NCBI GenBank assembly: GCA_045567855.1
Contig: JBJLCC010000037.1
Span: 34,625 to 98,624 of the forward strand
Length of the DNA stretch: 64,000 bases
DNA from: Candidatus Poseidoniales archaeon
GTDB lineage: Archaea; Thermoplasmatota; Poseidoniia; MGIII; CG-Epi1
Reading direction: 5' to 3'
A program made the position numbers and the translations under genes. The first letter of the stretch is position 1. Each line of letters begins with the position of its first letter. The notes beneath the pieces were generated by a model. That model had not been told where the DNA came from. It made no database searches and saw nothing but the letters and a program-made list of their open reading frames with translations. Positions 1-14,846 of the stretch are shown here, in pieces.

Positions 1-2271
1 TTTATTAATTTCATTTTCATTAACATAAGCCTTAATCACGAATTCATGATAATTCGCAGTGGATACCCATTCAAATGTGAAACTTTCACTTTTCTCAGGT
101 TCTATACTGAAAGAAGAAGTATGAACTAATTCCGAATCAATATAAAGTTCATAGTATCCAATTGCAATATGGCCATTGTAGTTATTTGTATTGTTGTATG
201 TTTCATTGTAATTCTTCAATACAGTCTTAATCTCATGTTTAGTTCCTCTTTCTTTTGATCCACTTATTTCTATTTCATTGATGAATATATCTGCCCAGCC
301 AGTGATATCAACGCTACTACTACTTTCGTTACGGTTTCCATTTTCATCAATTAACGAATATTCTAAAATTATTACGCCTGCATACTCCATTTCAAATATT
401 AAATTAAAGTTAGATCCTTGATCTACGTAATCAAATTCAGCCCTTTGATTTTCTTTATTATCTATGATTTTAATTTTAAGGTATTCGATATTTGCCTCAC
501 TTTCAACATCAAATGCATTTAAGTATATTTCAAAATCTTCACCAACACGAGGAGCGGAAGGGGCAGTTTGCAGAATGCCCGTGGGCTTAGAGTTAAGATA
601 GATTTCATGTTCGTAATAGGCCGTGCCAACTGGGGTTTGCTGAACGGTCAAATTCATGAGATGGTAACCCCCTGAGCTGATGTATGTGGAGATAATTTCA
701 TTATTGCTGTCTAAAATTTCGCCATCTAGCGTCCAAATGTAGTTTAATCCCAGTCCAGTGGACTGACTTCCATTAAAATCAACCCATGTTCCTTCATTTA
801 TTTGATTATTAAATTCAAAATAAGCAGTAGGTTTGTCGTAAACAGTAATGTCTAGTTCAAATTTATTTGTCCACAAATTACTTTCTGAATCTCTTCCAGT
901 GGCAATCAATTTGTAATTACCTTTTTCATTGAAGGCGATAGTTTTGGACAAATTAATAGTTGATTCATCATTAAGTAATAACAAATTAGATGAATTTATT
1001 TGATATACTTTCCAATTATAGAGGTTAATTTCTCCAAGAGTAGAAACAATTATTTCAGCATCTTGATTAACAACAAGATTGATTTCTTCATAATTTAAGG
1101 AGATTATAGGTAAATTTGTTCCAGACAGAATAAATGTTTCAGTTGTATTTCCTCCTCGCGGATCACTTACAGTTAATTCAATATTATGATTTCCTTCCAC
1201 AAACGATAAATCTAGATATTGTCCATAGGAAATGCTTGAATCATAATTCCATTGATATGTGAGTACTGTATTATCGTTGTCTGTTGATGCACCTGCATCG
1301 ATTCGTATTTCTCTATTTGTAGGTATTATCCATTGATTAGTCCCGGTCAAGAGCCCTTCATCAATATTGATATCAGGATTTGGGGGTGAATTTTTAACAT
1401 ATATCATTATAGTTGATTCGCTTACTCCATTTTGATCATCAGTCAGCCTTAAAGTTATGTTATAGTAACCAGGAAATGAAAAATAATGAGTAGGGTTTAT
1501 TTCATTTGATGTGGTTCCATCTCCAAAATTCCACAGCCATTCCTCAATTTCCCCGTCCGAATCTGTAGAACTATCTGTAAATTCAAATGGCGTTAAGGTG
1601 TTTCCACTGCCTGGTGCAATTGTGAAGACTACATTAGGTAGTGAATTGATAACTTCTATAGTGTAATATGTAGTGCTTATATCATTTAGATTATCAGTTA
1701 ATTTTAGAGAAACATCAAAGATTCCTGAATCTGTATATGTATGCTCCTTAACCATCTGATTAGAAGTTCTTCCATCATCAAAATTCCAGTAATAAAAGTC
1801 AATTTCCCCGTCCAAGTCATAAGAATCTGTTGCGTCAAATGTTATGCTCTCACCAAGCATAATTGTCATGCTTGAGATGCTTACACTAGCAATTGGTGCC
1901 TTGTTGACGAATATATTGAGAATATAGGTGTCTTCCAGTCCATGATTATCTCTTACAGTTAGCGTTACATTGTATTCACCGTTTTCAGTAAATACGTGTA
2001 CTGGGTTGTCAGTATAGTTGTATTTTCCGTCTCCAAAGTCCCATGTGTAGTTTACTATCTGGCCGTCTTCATCCCTTGATTCGTTTCCGTAGAATTGCAA
2101 GGCCTCTCCTTCAGTTACTACTGCTTCATCAGCGTCTGCGTTGGCAATGTGGTTTTGAGAGAAAGCTGATGTCCAGACTATAATATTTAATCGCCATCTG
2201 ACTTCAATATTCTCTATTTTCCATCCAGATTCAGTTATCCGTTGTATGCTAAAGAGTTTGGGTATGTGTCT
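1..2271 (-). CDS. C-terminal part (several PKD domains plus CARDB-like end) of the secreted M6 protease; runs off the window edge
   Basis: Not in the ORF track. This minus-strand frame is open from 2271 to base 1. It translates to PKD motifs (DEDGQIVNYTWDFGDG; DLDGEIDFYYWNFDDG; DSDGEIEEWLWNFGDG...YNITLRLTD). It continues the gene starting at 3357 across a frameshifted zone. Confidence 0.8.
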
Positions 2272-2502
2272 TTAGCTAAAATGATCCCTGCTCTGTAAGG
2301 GTCTCCGCTGTCCCCTCTGTTTGTCTCCAGAGTCCAAGTCATCATTCGCCATCAGCTTCCTCCAAATCCATTCCTTTATGCTCTTCATCGTTGTTAACTG
2401 TGTTTGAGCTCCATTTCGAAAGCATTATTTCTTCGTCGATGTGCCAGATTAAGAGCCCTTCTCCAGGGAGATAAGTATCATATTTTGTTTGCTGCCGATT
2501 TT

Positions 2503-3357
2503 CTAGTAGGAAATATTGCTCCTGAGGCAGTCCAGTTGCCCAGGTATCGGTAGTTTGTAAATATTTACCACCTTCCGATACCGGTTCGATGACAAGATTT
2601 GCGATATCGTCATCTTCGCACTGCTAATCGGTTCATCCCAACCTAACCAGTATCGTGAATACGCACTAAAGTATACGGGTGTTTCACCGTTGTTTCCCCA
2701 CGATCCCGCAGCCATTACAGCCCAATTACCTACGCCCTCTGAACTTCCATCAGTATCATAGTAGTCTGGTAGGCCTAACTCGTGACCAAACTCGTGGCAC
2801 CAAACTCCCAAGGGATTTTTCTCTCCATTTGATAACTGATATTCAGGAACTTGACTTATTCCATCAACAAAGTGATCATTGCCGTCCTCATCTTCGTCAT
2901 CAGTACTAATTCTTAAAGTTGGCCAATGTGCTGACCAAATATCATTACTGTCACCAGAAGATTCACCCCCCGGGCCAGAGTGTATTGCTACAACAGCATC
3001 GTAGTCGGGAAAATAAATATCGTTGTCAGCAATCTCTACACTATCTTTAACAAAGTCTGGGCCGCTAGAGTAATTAGCAGCGCTTCCATTGAGTGTGTAT
3101 GGGCCATAAACATTACCTTCAATATTTAGAGCTCCTTTAGAAACTTCATCGAAATAGTCCCACATTGAGTTTGTACTTGCGAAGGCAGTATCTTCAAAAT
3201 AATCCTGATCATATTCCTCTTGAAAATCTTGGTCTTCAAATTCAGCCATGATGAAAGCAACATTTATGTTGCCACTGGTTGGAGCAGCACTTACTGAGTT
3301 AACTGCCATTATGGCCAAAAATAAAATTCCGATTACCGATAAATACCTCACATTCAC
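2503..3357 (-). CDS. M6 family (immune inhibitor A-like) secreted metalloprotease, N-terminal catalytic part; frameshifted after about 2630
   Basis: Signal peptide, HSGPGGE, HEFGHELGLPDYY zinc motif and Met-turn (VMAAGSWG). Downstream M6 motifs (YFLLENRQQ, GLLIWHIDE, DLEEADG) lie in other frames. Confidence 0.85.
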   Translation of the reverse strand: MNVRYLSVIGILFLAIMAVNSVSAAPTSGNINVAFIMAEFEDQDFQEEYDQDYFEDTAFASTNSMWDYFDEVSKGALNIEGNVYGPYTLNGSAANYSSGPDFVKDSVEIADNDIYFPDYDAVVAIHSGPGGESSGDSNDIWSAHWPTLRISTDDEDEDGNDHFVDGISQVPEYQLSNGEKNPLGVWCHEFGHELGLPDYYDTDGSSEGVGNWAVMAAGSWGNNGETPVYFSAYSRYWLGWDEPISSAKMTISQILSSNRYRKVVNIYKLPIPGQLDCLRSNISY

Positions 3358-3388
3358 ATCTCATCAATAATGGCTTAGATATTAAACT

Positions 3389-4405
3389 TCAGTTTGACAC
3401 AAAACCTAAAGGATCTGAAATGATATTATCTCTAGACTCATGAGAGATTTTAACCGGTTTATCTCCATAGAAAACTTTGTTGTTACTTCTCATGGTATCT
3501 AAAGTTGCTACTCCCATAGCGAAATTAACTGCTGCACCTGCACGGAAACCGGCATATTCATCAGGTATTGAGTTCAGATAGGCTTTAACGGGCTCAATAT
3601 GTTTACATGCGTTATCTAGCATATATTCAAGTATTTCCATTGACTTCTCTTTGTTGGCTTCGTCAAGTAATTTCTCAGGTTTCACCTGATATTTTTCAAA
3701 GAGGAATCCCGGCCAGAATATTTTTTCATTGTCCAGAATATCTTCTCTGAAATCTCTAATAATGTTAACTTTTTGAAGGAATAATCCAAAATCTCTTTCA
3801 TTCTCTTTTAGAATAGATGAATCTTCCTCAGATAAATCTTTTGATCTTTTCCTAATGAGTTCAGTCAAAAATCCGGATGGAGTTCCAGCAACATAGTAAC
3901 AATATTCATCTAAATCATCAAAAGAATATACTTCTTGTTTAAGAAATTTTTGCATTCCGAAATTCATCTCTTTTAGCCATCTAACCATGCATTCTTTTGT
4001 GGCCTCATCAAAACTACTGTGAACGGCTAAGACACTTTTCATATTTTTAACTAAATCTCTATATTTTGGATTTTGGACCATTTCGTCAGCAGAACCGGTT
4101 AAAATATCAATCTTTTCTTTTGTGCTTTCGGAGTTAGGATTTTCTAAAATTTCCATCAACATATTCATAGCTTCGATTCTTTCTTCCAATGTGATTTCTC
4201 TTCTTCCAATATCGTCTTCAAAGGTGTCTAAAATTCTAGCTTCTAAGTAGCCTACCATTATTGGGCCAAGAATATTTTCCTCAACTAATGGGATTGTTAA
4301 AGCAAATGATCTGGAGACAGATTGTAATGCACCTTTACAGTATTCCATGCTATCTTGTAAAAGCTCTCCAGTTTTGCTTTTGACTGCTCCGTATAGTGAT
4401 GGCAT
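3389..4405 (-). CDS. Squalene/phytoene synthase family protein (squalene synthase-like)
   Basis: SRSFALTI flap, DTFEDD, YCYYVAG, GLFLQKVNIIRDFRED and a C-terminal VKIS motif. Confidence 0.88.
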   Translation of the reverse strand: MPSLYGAVKSKTGELLQDSMEYCKGALQSVSRSFALTIPLVEENILGPIMVGYLEARILDTFEDDIGRREITLEERIEAMNMLMEILENPNSESTKEKIDILTGSADEMVQNPKYRDLVKNMKSVLAVHSSFDEATKECMVRWLKEMNFGMQKFLKQEVYSFDDLDEYCYYVAGTPSGFLTELIRKRSKDLSEEDSSILKENERDFGLFLQKVNIIRDFREDILDNEKIFWPGFLFEKYQVKPEKLLDEANKEKSMEILEYMLDNACKHIEPVKAYLNSIPDEYAGFRAGAAVNFAMGVATLDTMRSNNKVFYGDKPVKISHESRDNIISDPLGFVSN

Positions 4406-4469
4406 GTTAACCTTTTTCGGAGTTTGTAACTTGCCGAAGCGTATTTAAAATTAGGTTTTTTAGAGTTTT

Positions 4470-5240
4470 ATGAAACCACTGTCGGAAATAAATAAGAAAC
4501 GTTTAGAGAAAATTAAAGTTTTAATGTTCGATCTAGATGGGACATTTATAAGTAATGATACTCTTAAATCTTCAACATATAGATGTTTAGAAAAGTTGAA
4601 GGATAATCAAATCAAAACAGTGGTTGTGACTGGTAGACCTGCAGGTTGGTGCGACTTAATTGCCAGATGGTGGCCAGTTAATTCAGTAATAGGCGAAAAT
4701 GGTGCACTGTCTTATTCGATGCTTGATGGGACAATGGATCGACAATTTTTTGATAATACTGTCAATTTAAAGAAATCTAAAGAATTTTTAGATTTTCTTT
4801 TCGATGAGATCAAAGCAAACTTTGGAGATATTCATTTAGCTTCAGATCAATCCTTCAGGCAATGGGATTTAGCTTTAGATATATCTGAAGAGAATAATCT
4901 ATCTTTAAAGAAAGTTCGAGAAATTTATGATTTTTGTATTAGTAAAGGTGCCAATGCAGCTATCTCCAATATACATTTAAATATCTGGTACGGTAACTAT
5001 ACAAAGTGCGATATGGCATTAAAAATTCTGCATAATTGGAATATAAAAATTGATGAATGTGTGTATGTAGGTGACTCACCAAATGATTCGCCAATGTTCA
5101 AAAAGTTCCCATTTTCCGTTGGCGTTAAATCAGTTTTAAGGTATTCTGATTTCATGCAGGATTACCCCTCATATGTGACCGAGAGAGATGGTAATCAAGG
5201 CTTTGAAGATTTAGTGGATTCTATTCTTTCGACCAAGTAA
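4470..5240 (+). CDS. HAD-IIB family hydrolase
   Basis: FDLDGT motif I, VTGR motif II, GDSPND motif IV. Confidence 0.85.
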   Translation: MKPLSEINKKRLEKIKVLMFDLDGTFISNDTLKSSTYRCLEKLKDNQIKTVVVTGRPAGWCDLIARWWPVNSVIGENGALSYSMLDGTMDRQFFDNTVNLKKSKEFLDFLFDEIKANFGDIHLASDQSFRQWDLALDISEENNLSLKKVREIYDFCISKGANAAISNIHLNIWYGNYTKCDMALKILHNWNIKIDECVYVGDSPNDSPMFKKFPFSVGVKSVLRYSDFMQDYPSYVTERDGNQGFEDLVDSILSTK

Positions 5241-5700
5241 TGCCTTTTTGGTTTTGATAATTTCCGCTTCTATCTGAATATAACTCATCGGCAGGCGTGG
5301 ATAGTTTTTCAAAGACAATTTGTGCAAAAGTATTTCCAACTTCAATAGTTACCTCATCATTACTTGAATTTAGTCCTAGAAGAGTTAAATTCCCTTTGAA
5401 ACCAGAATCTATCTTTCCGAAGCTGCAAATGATTCCTTTCCGAGCCCAACTTGTCCTTAGCCATAATTGCCCACAATGATTTTCTCCACAAGAAATAATT
5501 TCCTCTGTTGAAATCGCAAATCTATTGTTAGGAGGTATACAAAGAGGACCTTCGGAGATTTTTTTTTCGTCGGGTATCTCAATCTCACTGACAGTTAAGT
5601 CATACCCATTTGGAGTGAGATTATCTTCTTTAAATGGCTCAATAACAATTTGTTTATCTGCAATTAATTTGATAATGCTTTTATCGGAGAGAACAGTCAT
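5221..5700 (-). CDS. dcd: dCTP deaminase
   Basis: PNGYDL, RTSWARKG, IDSGFKG, YSDRSGNYQNQ. Confidence 0.88.
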   Translation of the reverse strand: MTVLSDKSIIKLIADKQIVIEPFKEDNLTPNGYDLTVSEIEIPDEKKISEGPLCIPPNNRFAISTEEIISCGENHCGQLWLRTSWARKGIICSFGKIDSGFKGNLTLLGLNSSNDEVTIEVGNTFAQIVFEKLSTPADELYSDRSGNYQNQKGITWSKE

Positions 5701-6975
5701 TTATTTTCTTATTTCAGTTAATAATTTTTCAGCTATATCGGCTCTTACTTTTCCGGATTGCTTTAATTTCTCCGCAAGTACATCAATTTCCTTTCCTTTA
5801 GCGCCGGCTTGCACTGCTAAGTTTCTTGCATGTAATCCCATGTGCCCTCTTTGAATTCCTTCGGATGCAAGAGCCCTAAGTGCGCCCAAGTTTTGACATA
5901 ATCCTACTGCACAGATTACCTGAGATAACTCAGCGGCACCTCCAGGAATCTTAACATCTAATATTTTTACGCAAGTTTTAGCCGTTGGATGCGTTGCAGT
6001 TGCTCCTCCAACTAGTCCAATAGCCATAGGAATCTCGATTGTTCCCATCAAGTCTCCATCCACTGTTTTTACCCATTCTGTAAAAGAGGAATGCCCTTCT
6101 TTCCAGTTAGAGTATGTGTGTGCACCTGCCTCGATAGCTCTCCAATCGTTCCCAGTAGCAATTACAACAGGATCAATTCCATTCATTATACCTTTATTGT
6201 GAGTAGCTACACGGAATGGATCTGCGCAAGCGAACGCAAAAGCTTCGATAATCCCATCGACAATTTCTTCTCCCCCTAAAAACTCAGCAGGCCAAACAGC
6301 AGTGGCCTTAGTCTTACGGTGTATAGCTAAGTTCGAAATAATTCGTAAGTACACTCTTCCACCAGTTATGGTTTCTAACCTAGGGGCAACAGCTTCAGCC
6401 ATTGTATTTACCGCATTAGCACCCATTGCATCTCTACAATCAACTAGCAAATGTGTTATGACCATAGGTCCTGTTTGTGAATCTAAAACTCTTACTTCGA
6501 TTCCCTTGCATCCTCCGCCAAATTTTACTAAAATAGGATCTTGTTCGTTTGCAAGTTTGACGATTTCATCCTTTTTATTTAGTATATCTTCTTTGGCCTT
6601 GAAAGGATCTTTAAGATTTACAAGTTGAATTTGGCCAATCATTACAGGTTCATCAGAACTTGCAGATATTCCTCCCATTTTACGTGCACCTTTTGCCATA
6701 TGTGTAGCAGCAGCTACAACTGATGGCTCTTCAACTGCCATTGGTACAATGTAATCTTTACCATTTATCTGAAAATTTGGAGCAAATCCTAGAGGAAGAG
6801 GAAATGTGCCGACTACATTTTCGATCATTCGATTTGCAGTTTCTTTTCCAAGAGCTCCGTATCCGCTAATTGTTTTCATTTCTTCTTCAGTCAATTTTGC
6901 AAAATTCTTAACAAAATCTAATCTTTCAGACGGGTTTTTTTTGTAAAAACCCGGAGCTTCTGAGCTTTTAGTCAT
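5701..6975 (-). CDS. mvaA: Class II HMG-CoA reductase
   Basis: ENVVG, EEPSVVAA, DAMGANAVN, THNKGIMNG, GNDWRA, EGIQRGHM. Confidence 0.95.
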   Translation of the reverse strand: MTKSSEAPGFYKKNPSERLDFVKNFAKLTEEEMKTISGYGALGKETANRMIENVVGTFPLPLGFAPNFQINGKDYIVPMAVEEPSVVAAATHMAKGARKMGGISASSDEPVMIGQIQLVNLKDPFKAKEDILNKKDEIVKLANEQDPILVKFGGGCKGIEVRVLDSQTGPMVITHLLVDCRDAMGANAVNTMAEAVAPRLETITGGRVYLRIISNLAIHRKTKATAVWPAEFLGGEEIVDGIIEAFAFACADPFRVATHNKGIMNGIDPVVIATGNDWRAIEAGAHTYSNWKEGHSSFTEWVKTVDGDLMGTIEIPMAIGLVGGATATHPTAKTCVKILDVKIPGGAAELSQVICAVGLCQNLGALRALASEGIQRGHMGLHARNLAVQAGAKGKEIDVLAEKLKQSGKVRADIAEKLLTEIRK

Positions 6976-7012
6976 GTTAGGCCAAGGAAGTATAAATTAA
7001 AGATAATTGGTT

Positions 7013-10000
7013 CTAAAGTGGAGAGTCTCCAATCAATCCACAATGTGGGCACATGACTTCGCTTTCATCCCCAGCAAGATTCTCAAATTCCTTTTGACAT
7101 CCTCCCTCACAAACGAAAACTACGGTACGAGAGAATTGGCTTCCTTGAAGGACACTAAATGAAGGCTTTTCTTCAATAACAGAGTCTATCTCTTCCTTGG
7201 CTAGAATCTCGACCGGAACTAATATACTCGAGTTTTCAACATCAATAGGAACTTCTTCAACTTTATTCTTGAAGATATACGCACCTGAAGCAACGGCAGT
7301 TAAGATTAGCAATACTGCAACAATCATGTAGTTATCTATCTGAGTTGAATCTTTGTTACCGCTAGCTGCACTGTTAATGTTTTCATATTCTACAAATATT
7401 TCAAGCATCTCACCTTCCATATTGGCATTTAGGTACCCCATTCGATCTACTGAAATTATTCGGTAATAGTGGAAGCCTCCGCTCAAATTATAAATTTCAT
7501 AACTCATTTTAGTTTTCGTAAACTGAATATTTTCAATAGTCTCCCAAGGCCGAGAAAAATTATTTCTACTCTCGATAATATATGATATGGCGTCTTCAGC
7601 CTCAATCCATTTAATAGTTAAATTATTTTGCCCAGTAATTTCATACTCGACAGATTGAACTGGCATCGGTAACCTATTATCTATGGTTGTAGCTAAATCA
7701 TATCCTGAATAGGATATAGAAATAGATGAGTTTTCAGGTGGAAGGTATCCTATATCGCCATTTCCAAAAACTAGCTTTCCAAATTCATAATCTATCCAAT
7801 ATTGATTTGCTTTCATACCTGATAAATCATTTCCATTGTATTCTTGTAAAACTTTATCGTAAATTCCGTTTCGGTTTTCGTCAACTATAATCTCAACGTT
7901 CTTTAGCTTTCCTGTCATCACAGGTTTTAATGGAATTGTTGGTAGTTCAATTTCATTGGTCATATTTTCATAGTCAAATATAAATTCAAATTCTTCTCGT
8001 GAATATTCATTACCTGCGTAATCGATTGGTTTAATTCTGAAATAGTATGTGTATCCATCAACTAGATTTCTAATTGTGTAATCATCATTAATCCATTCCT
8101 CATCAAATGGTTTCCATTCTAGTATATCTTCATTGTTCTCATTAAGCCTAGAATATTCTATTTCTAGTTCTGACAATTCTTCAGACTTATATTCAACAGA
8201 CAAGACTAAGTCATCTGTATTTCTTAATAAATCAATTTGGTTTAATTTAACTGAGGGCTTCACTCTGTCAAATGTGATAGTAACATCAGGTATTAGTTTG
8301 AGCTCTTTATTTCCAGAGTAATCGATACTTCTTGATCTAACTAAGTATGTCCCATCCGCTCCCGGATTAAACCAATATTCTCCTATTCCAGTAAAGAGGC
8401 CATAGCTTGACCATTCAGTATCATTGATTTCTTTGTATTCTATAACGTACGCAGATATGTCAAATGTCCCATTTTCTTTCCAGTTAAGAGTAACACCATT
8501 AAGATTTGTATATTGTAAATTCCCTTCACTAAGCCACAATTCAGATCTAGGTAAATCCATGTCAATTCTAACTTCGGTGTCATATACTCCTTTGAATTCT
8601 TTGTTTCCGTTAATATCTACCCCTATTGTACGGAATCGGTATATCATTCCATTTTCTACAGAAAAATTAGTTGAGAATATATTTGTATAATAGTCGTAAA
8701 GTATCCAATCACCTATCGAGCTTCCGTCTTTAATTTGATAATATAAGTAAAACCCCACAAGATCACCTTCATTTGATATTTCTTTCCATGTTAATGGTAT
8801 TATTGTAGAATTTTTGTAAAAACCATTTTCGTCAACTTTTGTTATTGGAGCAGTAGTATCCAGCATAATTGGAATCTTATAAGTGGCATCTTTGTAATTC
8901 CACAAATTTGCTTGTGGAAAGGTTACAAAAATTTCTTGATCAAACCACTGTGTGTTTTGAGGATTACCTACAACGCTGGCGATGACGTTTTCACCCTGCA
9001 GTAGATAGTTAGTGAAAATTTGCACTTCGTCATTCCAATATTCAGCTCCATGTCCACTCCCTTCGTCTAAATCTCCAAAAACAAATATTCCATTAATGTA
9101 ATGATCTCCATAGTTGTTACTTGCAACATTAATGTTCATAACACCATTTTCATAAATTCCGAGATTTGTTATGTTAAAGACATGTCTGAAATAGGCATAA
9201 TTATCATCATCCCACTCAGTTTTGTAATTTACACCCTCAATTGAGCTGTCACCAAATGGAGAGTAAGCACTTGCCCAATCGGTATCATTAAATGACGATG
9301 TGGTCCAGTTTGTATTTCCATAAAGTTCTTCATAGTCACTTGATTCTATCCACTTCCATGTGACATCAGCATCTCTTCCGCTGTTAAGGAGGTTTTGTTG
9401 AACAGTATAATCATGTTCAGTATTTACTGTGAAAGAAAGATTATGGTACCCATCTTCAATTGATGAAGGTAATACCGCATTAATAGTTACATCTATAGAT
9501 TCTCCTGGCTGAAGTATAAACTCATTTGGAGTAAATGTTATTTGTGAATTTATTTCTCCAGATGAGGGAATCAAAGTAACATTATCAGTAATCCCTCCAT
9601 TATTTGTAATTGTAATAATTTTTGTTAGTATTCTGGTTTGATTAATATGCTCAAGATTCTCGTCAATTTCCGTTTTCAGGCGATATATCTTTGCACTAAC
9701 GTTCAAGTGTAAGTCATTATTTGATAAAATGGTATCGTTGCAGTTACAAGTAATGTTTATGTTAAGTGTATTTTCACCGATATATTTGGGGGTCCAAGTA
9801 AAAAATATTAAATCTTCATATTCTTGAGGCATACTCGAGAAAGACACTAAGCTAATATTCGTTTCGTTAGTGTATGATCTTATATTTACATCGTTAGAAA
9901 TCTCATCACCATTATTTCCTCCATTAACTGCAACTGTAATAGTATCTCCAAAAATTATAGATTCATTAGTTGGTTCAAAAACGCTAGCAGTTATTTGTAA

Positions 10001-10633
10001 GTCGAGCCATTGTCTATTCTGGTTTCCGCTACCCCAAACGTAATCTCTTCCATAAACTGCAAGAACATTCTGCCCTCTCAAAAAGTCTTCAGGTTCGATT
10101 GAACTGGTTCCGTCATCATTCCAATAATCAGCTCCGTGGGAATTTCCGCCAGATTCTTCGTAGATTAAATTACCATTAATGTAAGGTGTACAATAATTTG
10201 CAAAAGCCACATTAATCTCAGCTTCAGTTACTATACCATTAAGTTGAAACTTGTGACGGATTAAAATAATATCATCATTATAAGGCGAGCTTCCCGACGT
10301 GTCCCAATCTGTATTTGGATCTACATTATTGTCACTTCTATCTCCAAATGGTGCAGCTCCGAAGACCCATGACGTGTCATTGAAATCAGGTTTTGACCAA
10401 TTCAATGGAGCCTCTGAATAATCATCAATAATCAAATATTTGTAATATGTTGCGTTATCTCTTCCACTTTGGACAATGGTCAAGCTTTCAGCATTATCTT
10501 TAGAATACATCACTTCATTAATATACGGTTCTTGTTGAGCTCCAGAAGTAGGCATAAATGCAATGGTAATTAAGGTCAAAATCACCAAAATCATCATTAA
10601 AGCATATGATTTCACGATATTAAAATTGTACAT
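7013..10633 (-). CDS. Large cell-surface protein: two jelly-roll (sugar-binding-like) repeats, FN3-like domains, C-terminal TM and cytoplasmic Zn ribbon
   Basis: Signal peptide; duplicated FND.xW...PFGD / RH.F / YING / HGA.YWND / G.NV.A module; FN3-like Y.FR...D..GN; TM near the C-terminus; terminal CEGGC...CPHC. Confidence 0.8.
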   Translation of the reverse strand: MYNFNIVKSYALMMILVILTLITIAFMPTSGAQQEPYINEVMYSKDNAESLTIVQSGRDNATYYKYLIIDDYSEAPLNWSKPDFNDTSWVFGAAPFGDRSDNNVDPNTDWDTSGSSPYNDDIILIRHKFQLNGIVTEAEINVAFANYCTPYINGNLIYEESGGNSHGADYWNDDGTSSIEPEDFLRGQNVLAVYGRDYVWGSGNQNRQWLDLQITASVFEPTNESIIFGDTITVAVNGGNNGDEISNDVNIRSYTNETNISLVSFSSMPQEYEDLIFFTWTPKYIGENTLNINITCNCNDTILSNNDLHLNVSAKIYRLKTEIDENLEHINQTRILTKIITITNNGGITDNVTLIPSSGEINSQITFTPNEFILQPGESIDVTINAVLPSSIEDGYHNLSFTVNTEHDYTVQQNLLNSGRDADVTWKWIESSDYEELYGNTNWTTSSFNDTDWASAYSPFGDSSIEGVNYKTEWDDDNYAYFRHVFNITNLGIYENGVMNINVASNNYGDHYINGIFVFGDLDEGSGHGAEYWNDEVQIFTNYLLQGENVIASVVGNPQNTQWFDQEIFVTFPQANLWNYKDATYKIPIMLDTTAPITKVDENGFYKNSTIIPLTWKEISNEGDLVGFYLYYQIKDGSSIGDWILYDYYTNIFSTNFSVENGMIYRFRTIGVDINGNKEFKGVYDTEVRIDMDLPRSELWLSEGNLQYTNLNGVTLNWKENGTFDISAYVIEYKEINDTEWSSYGLFTGIGEYWFNPGADGTYLVRSRSIDYSGNKELKLIPDVTITFDRVKPSVKLNQIDLLRNTDDLVLSVEYKSEELSELEIEYSRLNENNEDILEWKPFDEEWINDDYTIRNLVDGYTYYFRIKPIDYAGNEYSREEFEFIFDYENMTNEIELPTIPLKPVMTGKLKNVEIIVDENRNGIYDKVLQEYNGNDLSGMKANQYWIDYEFGKLVFGNGDIGYLPPENSSISISYSGYDLATTIDNRLPMPVQSVEYEITGQNNLTIKWIEAEDAISYIIESRNNFSRPWETIENIQFTKTKMSYEIYNLSGGFHYYRIISVDRMGYLNANMEGEMLEIFVEYENINSAASGNKDSTQIDNYMIVAVLLILTAVASGAYIFKNKVEEVPIDVENSSILVPVEILAKEEIDSVIEEKPSFSVLQGSQFSRTVVFVCEGGCQKEFENLAGDESEVMCPHCGLIGDSPL
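8925..10447 (-). repeat. Two diverged copies (about 9987-10447 and about 8925-9359) of a roughly 150-aa domain inside the surface protein
   Basis: FNDTSW..APFGD/HGADYWND/GQNVLA/QWLDLQI versus FNDTDW..SPFGD/HGAEYWND/GENVIA/QWFDQEI. Confidence 0.75.
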
Positions 10634-10708
10634 ATCTATTAAAAAGGTTTTGCATTTTAATACGAGAAGAACTATTTATTATCACCTCTCTAGTATATCA
10701 TAGATACG

Positions 10709-14844
<4,136 letters not shown>

Positions 14845-14846
14845 AA

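Noticed and set aside
6931..6953. Perfect 9-bp inverted repeat CGGGTTTTT-N5-AAAAACCCG at the 5' end of mvaA
   Set aside because: It lies inside coding sequence (PGFYKKNP), is mostly homopolymer and occurs once; likely incidental.
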